Origin: an uncultured delta proteobacterium
GTDB lineage: Bacteria; Myxococcota; Myxococcia; Myxococcales; Myxococcaceae
Length of the DNA: 64,000 nt
Direction: 5' to 3'
Assembly: GCA_963771175.1 (NCBI GenBank)
Contig: CAVYSY010000011.1
Span: 128,001 to 192,000, forward strand
The notes under the pieces were generated by a model. The model was not told the DNA's origin. It was given only the letters and a program-made list of their open reading frames with translations, and searched no databases. Both the position numbers and the translations under genes were made by a program. Numbering within the stretch: the first letter of the stretch is position 1; each line of letters starts with the position of its first letter. Shown here in pieces: positions 11,161-21,693 of the stretch.

Positions 11161-12411
11161 TCACGGCACTTCTAGCACGAAGGATTGGCTCTCCACGGAG
11201 GGCAGGCCGCGCTCGGTCGCCAGGAGAGGGGACAGCTCGTTGGGGACGCGCCACGTCTGGCCGGTGAACTGGACGAGCGTGAGGGCGTAGCGCCCCCGGG
11301 GCACGGACTGGAGCAGTACCGGGTTGCGCGGCTCTCGCGCGTCGAGCGCCCTGGGCAGCACCAGCACCCCCAGCGAAGGCACGGCCACGGGCTCCATGCG
11401 CGGGGTGCCGTCGGGCTTGCGGAGGGCATCCAGCAGCGCCGGATCGGGCGCCAGCCCCGCGGCGAGCACCACCTGGTCCGGCAGCCCGTCGCTCGTGCCG
11501 TCGGTCCGGGTGTAGTCCACGCCCTCGGAGTCGAGGAGGCCGTTGCGGTCGAGGTCATTCTCGTCGGCGAGCCTCTGCGTCTCGGTGAGCCCCTGGCCGT
11601 CCGTCAGTTTGCGCAGCACCACCTTCGGCCAGAGGTCCGGCTGGCCGTCGCCATTGGCGTCGTCGGGGACTCCGTTTCCGTCCTCGTCCACGTAGCGCAC
11701 GAGGAGGGCGGGAGAGCGCACGTCCACCACGCCCTCGCGCACCTGCAGGGGTCGCAGCTCCAGCCGCTTGGGGCCCGCCGCCGGGTCGAGGCGGGAGTCT
11801 CCCACCACCTGGAAGGCGGGCCGTTCGGGCACGGTGCTCGTCGAGTCGCTGAAGCTCACGGTGACGCCGGTGGTGGCCTGGAGGGCACCGTCCGGGCCCG
11901 CGGCCACCTCCACCAGGCGTGGGGCGCGGGTGATGGCGTCCACCGCGGCGCCGCCCACGTCTCCGGCGTTGGGCTCGCCGGTGACGCTGTACCAGGGGAT
12001 GAAGTCCGGGCCATGGCAGGGCTGCGCGCCCGAGCGGCACGTGTCCACGTCGATGAAGCCGCGCAGCAGGTAGCGCCCCGGAGCCACCAGGGTGAAGGTG
12101 AAGGGCGCGGTGAAGGGACCGGCGGTGCTCGTGTCCCCCAACGACGGGCCAAAGAGCTGCTCGGCGGGGATGACGGTGAAGGACAGCGGGCGACCCGAGC
12201 CCTGGGGCGGGGGCGGGCGCTCGGCGTCGTAGAGCAGGACGATGGCGTTGCCGCGGGCGCGGCTCTGCACCACCACGTTGCCCTCGATGCGCGAGAGCTG
12301 CTGGTTCTGCCGCCGGTCCGCGGTGGGCACCACGGGAGGAGGCTCGCAGCCGGTGGCGAGCATGGACGCGAGGGTCAGGCCCACCAGTGTCTTCTGGCAG
12401 GAGGAGCTCAT
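11161..12411 (-). CDS. Hypothetical lipoprotein with DxDxDG-like Ca-binding motifs
   Basis: Lipobox LASMLATG-C; DEDGNGVPDDANGDGQPD and DLDRNGLLD; ATGA overlap with the upstream TonB receptor. Confidence 0.75.
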   Translation of the reverse strand: MSSSCQKTLVGLTLASMLATGCEPPPVVPTADRRQNQQLSRIEGNVVVQSRARGNAIVLLYDAERPPPPQGSGRPLSFTVIPAEQLFGPSLGDTSTAGPFTAPFTFTLVAPGRYLLRGFIDVDTCRSGAQPCHGPDFIPWYSVTGEPNAGDVGGAAVDAITRAPRLVEVAAGPDGALQATTGVTVSFSDSTSTVPERPAFQVVGDSRLDPAAGPKRLELRPLQVREGVVDVRSPALLVRYVDEDGNGVPDDANGDGQPDLWPKVVLRKLTDGQGLTETQRLADENDLDRNGLLDSEGVDYTRTDGTSDGLPDQVVLAAGLAPDPALLDALRKPDGTPRMEPVAVPSLGVLVLPRALDAREPRNPVLLQSVPRGRYALTLVQFTGQTWRVPNELSPLLATERGLPSVESQSFVLEVP

Positions 12412-14945
12412 GGAGTCACCGTCAGGATGGCGAGCACGCGGCGCTCGATGCGGTTGCCGAAGGGGTGCTGGTTGTGCGCGGGGCCCAGGTGCGAGCCCAC
12501 CAGCGCCACCGACACATGGTCCTTCACCGGCGAGTAGCCCACGCGGGCGTTGACGACGGCGTAGGCCGACAGCGGGTTGGCCAGGGGCTCGATACGGGTG
12601 GGGTCCTCCGCCGCGGGCTCACGCTCCACCCAGGTGGTGGCGGACGTCCAGGCCGCGTCCACGCTCAGCTCCAGCGCCGAGCGCGTGCGGTAGGTGACGC
12701 CGCCGAACAGCTTGAGCTGGGGCGCCTGGCTGCAGGGGCCGCACAGGCCCTCCTCGCCATCGGACGTCATCTGCTGGAAGGCCGCGGTGGCCTTGATGCC
12801 CAGGCCATCCACGGGCGCCAGGGACACGCCGGCCTCGGCGCCGCGTGCGGTGTAGACGGCCGCCTCGTTCTGGAAGACCGAGCGACCCAGCAGGTATGTG
12901 CCCGTGGCCGCGTCCCACGAGTCGCCCGCCGGCAGCGGCTGCACGGCGGACAGGTGGATGAGGTCCCTCACCGTGTTCTGGTAGAGGGCCACATCCCAGT
13001 CCATGCCGAGCTCGGGGGCCTCGCCGCGGTAGCCCAGCTCGAAGGCCAGCATCCGCTCGGCGCGCAGGGCCGTGTTGCCGGTGGAGAGCGCGCTGGCGCC
13101 GGTGACTCCGGGAATGGGGATGCGCACGCCCATGTAGCTTTCCAGGAACGTGGGCTCACGGAAGGCCGAGGCCGCGCTGGCGCGGAAGGCGTGCCCCTCG
13201 AAGGGCAGGAAGAGGGCGGACACGCGCGGCGAGTGGGCCAGGCCCGGCTTGCCACCATCGAGCAGCGGGTGCCGGTCCACGCGGTAGGAGGCCACCACGC
13301 GGAAGGGCTGGGCCAGGCGCCACTCGTCCTGGATGAAGGCCGCGGCGTGGAACTCCTGGCGCAGCGGGCCCAGGTAGTCCCAGGCCACGCGCTTGATGCG
13401 GCCCTCCACGCCCAGGTTCACCTGGTGCTCACCCAGCAACTGGAAGCCCTGGCTGAAGAGCGCCTCGCCATTGAAGACGTTGGAGGTGACGCGCGTGGCC
13501 AGTGAGCGCTGGCCCATCGCCTCGTACTGAGGACCCGCGTCCACGGACAGGTGGTTCCAGAAGGCCTTCACCTTCAGCGGCCCCAGCCCCGCGTCCGCCT
13601 TGGCGAAGGCGCTCACCCCGTCCAGGAAGTAGTTGCGGAGCACTCCCAGCGGGTAGATCTCCGTGTAGAAGCGGTTGATGCCGCCGGACAGGCCCAGCTC
13701 GGTGCCCGAGTCGAGCTGGTAGACGGTGGCGAGGCTGCCGCGCGCGCTGCGCAGGCCCAGTTCCTTCTCGGGGTCACCCACCGTCATGTCGGGCCGGTCG
13801 TCCGCGAAGTCGCGGCTCCACTTGTCGGCCTGCGAGTACGCCGCCGAGGCGCGATAGCGCAGCCCCCCCGCGCTCCCGTGGCTCACGAAGCTGCCACCCG
13901 CGGCGTTGCCGTTGCCAACGGAGGCCTGGAAGCGCGCGCGCGGACCGGTGCCCGGGGCCCGGGTGATGATGTTCACCACGCCCAGCATGGCGTTGGCGCC
14001 GTACAGCGCGCTGCCCGGGCCGCGGATGACCTCGATGCGCTCGATGTCGGCCATATCCACCGGCATGGATGACCAGAGCGTCATGCCCAGGAAGTCCTGG
14101 TACTCGGTGCGGCCGTCCACCAGCACCAGCACCTTGTTGGCGATGCGCTCGTTGAAGCCGCGCAGCGACACGTTGGCGCTGCCCTGCCCGAGCATCATCA
14201 CCTCGGCGCCCGGCACGCGGCGCAGCAGCTCCGGCAGCGTGGTGGCGCCGGAGAGGCGGATGTCCTCGGCGGTGATGACGGAGGTGGCGTTGGGCGCCTC
14301 CAGCGAGGACTGGGCGCGGCGGCTCGCCGTCACCACGCGCTCCTCGTAGGGCACCGCGCCCTCGTCCTCGTCGGACGAGGCGGCCACGCCCTCCGGGCCG
14401 GCGGCCTCGATGGCGGACGACGCGGGCTGCTGCGCGGACGCGGGCTGCGGCGTGGTGGGCAGGGACTCGGCGCGGGCGATGGCCTTCTCCAGCCGCTCCA
14501 CCAGCACCGCGAGCGTCCTGGCCGCGTCGGCACCGGGCGCCGCGGGCATGGGCGGCAGCACGGGCTTCTTCCCGGGCTCTGGCTCGGCCTGCTTCGTCGC
14601 CTCGGTGGCCTTCCGCGCCTCCTCCAGGCTCGCCAGTGCGGCCAGCACGGGCGCCGTGTCCGGCGGGTTGGTGGCGAGGTAGCGCTGGTAGGCGTCCATC
14701 GCCTCGTTCACACGGCCCGCGTCCTGGTAGGCGCGAGCGATGTTGTAGAGGACGTTGGGGTGCGGCTTGATGAGGTAGGCGGCATCCAGCTCGGCAATGC
14801 CCTGGTCGTACTTCCCCTGGGCAATGAGGCTCATGCCGTTACGAAAATGGCGGCGGGCCTCCAGCCGCGCGTCGCCGAGGGCAGTCCCCGCGTACAGCAC
14901 CAACGCGAGGGTGCTCGCTCGCTTCCAGGCGGTCGGGTTCATCAC
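12408..14945 (-). CDS. TonB-dependent receptor with N-terminal TPR domain
   Basis: Signal peptide; TPR-like ARRHFRNG..YDQGIAEL..LYNIARAYQDAG; TonB-box-like ERVVTASRR; plug motifs VLVLVDGR and IERIEVIRGPGSALYGANA. Confidence 0.92.
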   Translation of the reverse strand: MMNPTAWKRASTLALVLYAGTALGDARLEARRHFRNGMSLIAQGKYDQGIAELDAAYLIKPHPNVLYNIARAYQDAGRVNEAMDAYQRYLATNPPDTAPVLAALASLEEARKATEATKQAEPEPGKKPVLPPMPAAPGADAARTLAVLVERLEKAIARAESLPTTPQPASAQQPASSAIEAAGPEGVAASSDEDEGAVPYEERVVTASRRAQSSLEAPNATSVITAEDIRLSGATTLPELLRRVPGAEVMMLGQGSANVSLRGFNERIANKVLVLVDGRTEYQDFLGMTLWSSMPVDMADIERIEVIRGPGSALYGANAMLGVVNIITRAPGTGPRARFQASVGNGNAAGGSFVSHGSAGGLRYRASAAYSQADKWSRDFADDRPDMTVGDPEKELGLRSARGSLATVYQLDSGTELGLSGGINRFYTEIYPLGVLRNYFLDGVSAFAKADAGLGPLKVKAFWNHLSVDAGPQYEAMGQRSLATRVTSNVFNGEALFSQGFQLLGEHQVNLGVEGRIKRVAWDYLGPLRQEFHAAAFIQDEWRLAQPFRVVASYRVDRHPLLDGGKPGLAHSPRVSALFLPFEGHAFRASAASAFREPTFLESYMGVRIPIPGVTGASALSTGNTALRAERMLAFELGYRGEAPELGMDWDVALYQNTVRDLIHLSAVQPLPAGDSWDAATGTYLLGRSVFQNEAAVYTARGAEAGVSLAPVDGLGIKATAAFQQMTSDGEEGLCGPCSQAPQLKLFGGVTYRTRSALELSVDAAWTSATTWVEREPAAEDPTRIEPLANPLSAYAVVNARVGYSPVKDHVSVALVGSHLGPAHNQHPFGNRIERRVLAILTVTP

Positions 14946-14950
14946 GAGTC

Positions 14951-16585
<1,635 letters not shown>

Positions 16586-16817
16586 GAGCTCCCCCGCCGC
16601 CCGCCGGGTGGGCAGGGCGAAATGTGACCTTTCCCGTATGCTACCATCAGACCATCCAGCACCGAAAAGTCGGGGCGGCTGAAAGCGCGCGCCGAGAACC
16701 CCGACAATACGGCCCTGGCGGAGATTCGTCATGTGTTGGACGGGTTCACCGCCCGCGTCCTGGCGTGACGCGCTGCGTTGCCATGGCGCGCTGCGCGTCG
16801 ACGGGCCGCGCCAGGGC

Positions 16818-17972
16818 CTACTTGCTCTTGCCCGCGCGAGCCGCCTTGGCCTTCTCGAGCTTCTCCGCGCGGGCCGCCTTGGCCTTCTCGAGCTTCTCCG
16901 CGCGAGCCGCCTTGGCCTTCTCGAGCTTCTCCGCGAAGGCCGCCTTGGCGGCCTCCCGCTTCGCCCTGGCCTTCTCCTGCTTCTCCTCCCGAGCGGCCTT
17001 GGCGGCCTCCCGCTTCTCCTTGGCCTTCTCCAGCTTTTCCCTGAACTTCTCCTGCTTCACCTTGGCCTTCTCCAGCTGCACCACCACGCGCTGGAGTGAA
17101 CCCGCCTTCTTCTTGCACCCGGCGGCGACGGCTTTGAGCAAGGTCGGGCGGCCCTTCACCTGGATGGGGCCCTTCGCCAACTCGGGCACCTCGGTGAGCA
17201 GCTTCTCCGCCTCTTCTCCGCAGCGGACGAAGCGCTCGCGCGCGTCCGTGTACAGCGAGAGCCGTGCCTCCAGGTCACGCTCCCGCTTCGCCTTCTTCTC
17301 CAGCTCGGGTGCCTCCTGGCTCGCGCCGAGTGGCCCCGAGACGAACTCGATCACCCGCTGCGCCAGCCGGAGCCGTGTCTCCGCCTGGTTCAGGCGACGC
17401 TCGGTGCTTCGCGCGGAGGCCTCATAGTCCTCGCTCTTGGCCTCGAGCTCCTTGCCCGTCTTCAGCCGCTCCCGGGTGCGTTTGATGGCCTCTTGCACCG
17501 CCTCCACCTGCGCACGGCCCGCGTCCTTCTCGTCGAGTCCGTCGAGCGCCGTGGAGACCTCTGACATCGCCTGTACGACGTCGTCCCGCTGCTTCTCCAC
17601 GGCGGTCTCGAGCGTCTTCCGCTCGGCCTCCTCCCGGGACGTGCGCTCCCGCCGTGCGCGCTCCTCGCGAACCTTGGGAACGAGCGCCTGGAGCTCCGCG
17701 AGCTGCGAGCGGCACATCTCGGCCTCGGGAGAGAGGTCGACATCCGGGTGGGCGAGGACCTCCTTCGCCTTCGCGAGGATGGGCTCGGCGCGTTCCGGGT
17801 TCTGGTTGCGCAGTTCCTGCTCGGCCTCGTTGAGCAGCAGGGTGGCTTCGTCGGTCCGACTGTCTCCGTAGGCCTGGCGCTGCTGCTTGGTTCGGGGGCC
17901 GCAGGCGGTCACCACCACCGCGAGCAGGAGAACGGTCACCCAGGTTCGAGAGGTCGTACGTGCTGGAGTCAT
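16818..17972 (-). CDS. Hypothetical coiled-coil lipoprotein with C-terminal K/A/E repeats
   Basis: Lipobox-like LLLAVVVTA-C; highly charged helical sequence; start uncertain (17972 or 17984). Confidence 0.7.
   Translation of the reverse strand: MTPARTTSRTWVTVLLLAVVVTACGPRTKQQRQAYGDSRTDEATLLLNEAEQELRNQNPERAEPILAKAKEVLAHPDVDLSPEAEMCRSQLAELQALVPKVREERARRERTSREEAERKTLETAVEKQRDDVVQAMSEVSTALDGLDEKDAGRAQVEAVQEAIKRTRERLKTGKELEAKSEDYEASARSTERRLNQAETRLRLAQRVIEFVSGPLGASQEAPELEKKAKRERDLEARLSLYTDARERFVRCGEEAEKLLTEVPELAKGPIQVKGRPTLLKAVAAGCKKKAGSLQRVVVQLEKAKVKQEKFREKLEKAKEKREAAKAAREEKQEKARAKREAAKAAFAEKLEKAKAARAEKLEKAKAARAEKLEKAKAARAGKSK
16832..16930. repeat. Three tandem 33-bp repeats encoding AEKLEKAKAAR, followed by degenerate copies to about 17040
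   Basis: ccgcgcgRgccgccttggccttctcgagcttct at 16832, 16865 and 16898. Confidence 0.9.
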
Positions 17973-18086
17973 GTGGGTCGCCATCCACCCCAAGTCGGGG
18001 CAGGGGAGAGCATGGTCCGAATGGACCACCGGAGGGAAGCCCGCCCTCGACCGCGAGTCCATGTCCGACCGCTTGAAGGCCCTGCT

Positions 18087-18455
18087 TCAGACGAGCGACT
18101 CGCCCACGATGCGCAGGAAGTCGTCGATGTCCAGCGGCTTGTGGACCAGTCGCACGCCCTCGGGAGGCCGGACCCGTGGATGAGCGGTGATCATCACCGC
18201 GCCCATGCCGCGCAGCCGCTCCTCGCGCGCCGCCTGCTCCAACATCCACCCGCCGCTCTGGCCGGGCAGCATGTAATCGGTGATGACGAGGTGGAAGGAC
18301 TCCGATCTCAATCGGTTCAGTCCCTCTTCCGCCGAACCGCTGCCGGCGACCGAATAGCCCTCGCTTTCCAGCAGGTCGGTCAGCCCTTCGCGGATGTCCT
18401 CGTTGTCCTCTACCAGGAGAATCTTCACGTTGTGTCCGGACGATACGGAGTCCAT
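18087..18455 (-). CDS. Single-domain response regulator
   Basis: ILLVEDNEDIR, LVITDYMLPG, VMITA, VHKPLD at the C-terminal end of ORF 18087..20144. Confidence 0.85.
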   Translation of the reverse strand: MDSVSSGHNVKILLVEDNEDIREGLTDLLESEGYSVAGSGSAEEGLNRLRSESFHLVITDYMLPGQSGGWMLEQAAREERLRGMGAVMITAHPRVRPPEGVRLVHKPLDIDDFLRIVGESLV

Positions 18456-18575
18456 CTCTCGGAGAACGGGAGTCTCCCGCGTCCGGCCACGTCCAGGAAG
18501 CCCTCTCGATGCCGGGGTCGCCGGGAGCTGTTGACTACCGTATTCCCGGACCCGGGGGCGTGACAGGATGGAGGC

Positions 18576-20315
18576 GTGTCGCTCGCCTGGCTCGCCCTGA
18601 TCGCCGCGCCGCTGCTGGTCGCGACCCCCACCGCGCCCGCCGAGGGCTACGAGGATGCGCTCGTGCAGTGGGGGCTGGCTCAGCACGGCCACCCGCTCGA
18701 GCCCGCCCCCGAGGGCAAGCGTCTGGAAGAGGTGCTGGTGGCCTCCGAGGACGTCGTCGCCCAGAGCGACCCGTACCCGTCGCTGCTCAACATCTTCCAC
18801 GCGCGCACCCGGGATGTGGTCGTCCGGCGCGAGGTGCTCCTGGAGCCGGGCAGGCCCTACGTGCCCGCGCTCGCGGAGGAGACGGCGCGCAACCTGCGCA
18901 AGCTGGGCATCTTCGCGGTGGTGCGCGTGCTGCCAGTGCGGGGCTCCACGCCGGACACGGTGTCGCTGCTGGTCATCACCAAGGACCTGTGGTCGCTGCG
19001 GCTCAACCAGGACGTCCAGTTGGTGGGGCCCCTGGTGCAGGCCCTGCGCCTGCAGGCCACCGAGCAGAACTTCCTCGGGCTCAACAAGAAGGTGGCGTTG
19101 GATTTCCTGCTGCGCCGGGACTCGCTGAGCCTCGGGCAGACGTACGTGGATTCCCGCCTGGGTGGTAGCCGCTGGTCCCTCAACGAGAACGCCAACCTCA
19201 TCCTCGGGCACGAGAACGGTGGGCTCGAGGGCACCCGGGGCAGTGTGCTGCTGTCGCGGCCCTTCTTCTCGCTCGATACGCCTTGGAGCGTCCAGGCGCA
19301 GGCGGTGTGGCGCGTGCAGCCCGTCCGCATCTTCCGTGGCGCCGAGGTGTGGGCGCTGCCGTACCCCGGTGGCGGGACGGTGCCTTATGTCTACGACGCT
19401 CGCGAGCTCAGCGGCAGCACGCTGTACCTGCGCTCCTGGGGCGCGCGGTACAAGCTGGACGCCGGAGGGGGGCTCGGCGCGTACCACCGGCGTTATGGGG
19501 CTCCGGCGGACTCCGCGCTGGACGAGGCCCAGCGCGCCTGGCTGCGTGACACCCTCCTGCCTCGCAGCGAGGACGCCACGTATGTCCTCGGCTATGCGCG
19601 CGTCTGGGAGACCCGCTACGAGGTGATGCGCGACGTGGACTCGTACGCCCTCTCCGAGGACTACCAGGTGGGGCACTACGTCACCGCCACGGCGCGCTAC
19701 GCGCCCGCGTTGCTGGCCTCCGCGGGGAACTTCGCCGAGGTGGGCCTCACCGGCCGCTACCGCATCCGCCTGGGCGATGCCCTCTCCTCGGTGGCCGCCG
19801 CCGCCTCCGTGCGCCGGGTGCTCGGTGGGGAAGGGCAGGGGCGGTGGGTCAACCGCCGCTGGGCCGCCGAGGTGCAGCAGGTGTCTCCGAAGGTGCTCGG
19901 CGGGCGCTTCGTGGTCCGCGGCCTGCTGGACGTGAACATCGACGACCTGAACGAGCGCGTGCTGCTGCTCGGTGGCGGCAATGGCCTGCGAGGCGCTCGG
20001 CCCGAGGCGTACTCGGGGAAGCGAGTGGCCCTGGTCAACGTGGAGTACCGCACCGCGCCCCTCGTCATCCACACGGTGCACCTGGGCGGCGTGCTGTTCT
20101 ACGACACGGGCTCGGCGTTCGATGAGCGCCCGAGCGTCGTCCACTCGGTGGGCCTGGGCCTGCGGCTGCTCTTCCCACAGTTCAACACCTACCCGTTCCG
20201 GCTCGACTTCGGGTACGTCATCAATGATGACCGGCCCGCGTTCTCCGGACGCTTCTCCTTCAGCGGCGGGCAGGTGACGGAGTTCCGGCCCGCGTTCCTC
20301 GATGCTCCGCTCTAG
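18576..20315 (+). CDS. BamA/TamA (Omp85) family outer membrane protein
   Basis: Signal peptide; POTRA-like TRDVVVRREVLLEPG..ETARNLRKLGIF; EQNFLGLN; LGGGNGLRG, NVEYR, FYDTG, SVGLGLR, RLDFG barrel motifs. Confidence 0.85.
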   Translation: MSLAWLALIAAPLLVATPTAPAEGYEDALVQWGLAQHGHPLEPAPEGKRLEEVLVASEDVVAQSDPYPSLLNIFHARTRDVVVRREVLLEPGRPYVPALAEETARNLRKLGIFAVVRVLPVRGSTPDTVSLLVITKDLWSLRLNQDVQLVGPLVQALRLQATEQNFLGLNKKVALDFLLRRDSLSLGQTYVDSRLGGSRWSLNENANLILGHENGGLEGTRGSVLLSRPFFSLDTPWSVQAQAVWRVQPVRIFRGAEVWALPYPGGGTVPYVYDARELSGSTLYLRSWGARYKLDAGGGLGAYHRRYGAPADSALDEAQRAWLRDTLLPRSEDATYVLGYARVWETRYEVMRDVDSYALSEDYQVGHYVTATARYAPALLASAGNFAEVGLTGRYRIRLGDALSSVAAAASVRRVLGGEGQGRWVNRRWAAEVQQVSPKVLGGRFVVRGLLDVNIDDLNERVLLLGGGNGLRGARPEAYSGKRVALVNVEYRTAPLVIHTVHLGGVLFYDTGSAFDERPSVVHSVGLGLRLLFPQFNTYPFRLDFGYVINDDRPAFSGRFSFSGGQVTEFRPAFLDAPL

Positions 20316-21693
20316 ATTCCTTGCAGACCCCGCGAGGCTCGCCGCGCTGGGGGCGTTCCTCTCGGTGCTGGTGGCGGCGCTCGCGCGGGGCCGCGTCCAC
20401 CCGGATGAGGTCTTCCAGTTCCTGGAGCCGGCTCACGGGCTGGCCTTCGGCTACCGCGTGGTCGCCTGGGAGTGGGTGGAGGGCCTGCGCAATTGGGCGG
20501 TGCCCGGAGTGCTCGGGGGGCTGCTCGTGCTGTGCCGGGCCATCGGGCTCGAGCACCCGTGGGCGATGGCCGCGCTCGTGTGGTGCGTCTGCGCCGGAGT
20601 GCAGGCCGCGGGGACGCTGCTGCTGTTCCGGCTCGTGGAGGAGCGGGACGGTCGCGAGGCGGCGCTCCTGGCCGCGGGGGTCCACGCCACCTGGGGCGGG
20701 TTCCTCATCTATGCCGCGAGGCCACTCGGAGATGTGCTGAGCGTGGTGCCCCTGCTGGGCGCGCTGCTGTGGGCCCAGCGTGCTCGCGACCGGGGCGGGC
20801 TCTGGGATGGGCTGTGGAGTGGCGTGCTGCTGGGGCTGGCGTTCGTCATCCGCTATCCCTCGGCGGTCTTCGGCGTGCCCCTCGCCGTGAGCCTGCTGGG
20901 GGCCCGGCGCTGGCGCTCGCTCGCGGGCCTCGCGGTGGGGACGGGCGCGGTGCTGCTGGGGCTCGGGGTGCTCGACTGGCTCACCTGGGGAACGCCCTGG
21001 TTCTCCGGCTGGCGCTACTTCGACTTCAACATCGCCAGCGGCTCCTCGGCGTCTCAGTTCGGCCGGCAGCCGTGGTGGTGGTACGCGCCCATCTTCGCCG
21101 GCATGGCGCCCCTGCTGCTCGTCTGGCACTTCCTGCGAGGGCTGGCCCGGAGAGACCTGCTCGTGGGGGCCTTCGTCTTCTACCTCGGGGTGGTGAGCGC
21201 GCTCGGGCACAAGGAGGCGCGCTTCCTGGTGCCACTGCTGCCCCTCTTCGTCGCCCTCGCGGCCGGCCCCGCCGCGTACGACCTCTCCCGTCTGTCCGGC
21301 AGGAGCGGGGTGCCGAGACTCCTGGTGGGCCTGTACGTGCTCTCCTCCGTGGCGGCGGCCACCGTGCTGTTTCCGCTCGGGCTGCGCCAGGGCGTGATCG
21401 ATGCCACCGTCTCCGCGGGCAGGGACGCTTCACTCACCGGGTTCATCATCGCCGGCCCGCCCGAGTGGAACACCGGCGGTCGCTTCTACCTGCACCGGGA
21501 CGTGCCGCTGTTCGTGAGCGCCGGACGCCCCGAGGAGGAATTGCGCGAGCGGCTCGCGGATGCGCGATTCTCCCATGCGCTCGTGGATGGCAAGGCGGTG
21601 GACGAGGACGCTCTGCGCTCGGCCGGGTTCTGCCTCCAGCGGCGCTGGGGCTCGGTGGCGCTCTGGAAGCGCTGTCCGGCCCCGAGCCCCTAA
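20302..21693 (+). CDS. GT-C mannosyltransferase, Alg9/PIG-B-like
   Basis: Multi-TM; HPDEVFQFLEPAH..FGY..AWEW..GLR and HKEARFLVPLLP resemble PIG-B/Gpi10 motifs. Confidence 0.75.
   Translation: MLRSRFLADPARLAALGAFLSVLVAALARGRVHPDEVFQFLEPAHGLAFGYRVVAWEWVEGLRNWAVPGVLGGLLVLCRAIGLEHPWAMAALVWCVCAGVQAAGTLLLFRLVEERDGREAALLAAGVHATWGGFLIYAARPLGDVLSVVPLLGALLWAQRARDRGGLWDGLWSGVLLGLAFVIRYPSAVFGVPLAVSLLGARRWRSLAGLAVGTGAVLLGLGVLDWLTWGTPWFSGWRYFDFNIASGSSASQFGRQPWWWYAPIFAGMAPLLLVWHFLRGLARRDLLVGAFVFYLGVVSALGHKEARFLVPLLPLFVALAAGPAAYDLSRLSGRSGVPRLLVGLYVLSSVAAATVLFPLGLRQGVIDATVSAGRDASLTGFIIAGPPEWNTGGRFYLHRDVPLFVSAGRPEEELRERLADARFSHALVDGKAVDEDALRSAGFCLQRRWGSVALWKRCPAPSP

Noticed and set aside
16832..16930. CRISPR array
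   Set aside because: Repeats are contiguous without spacers, in-frame within a CDS, and no cas genes are present.
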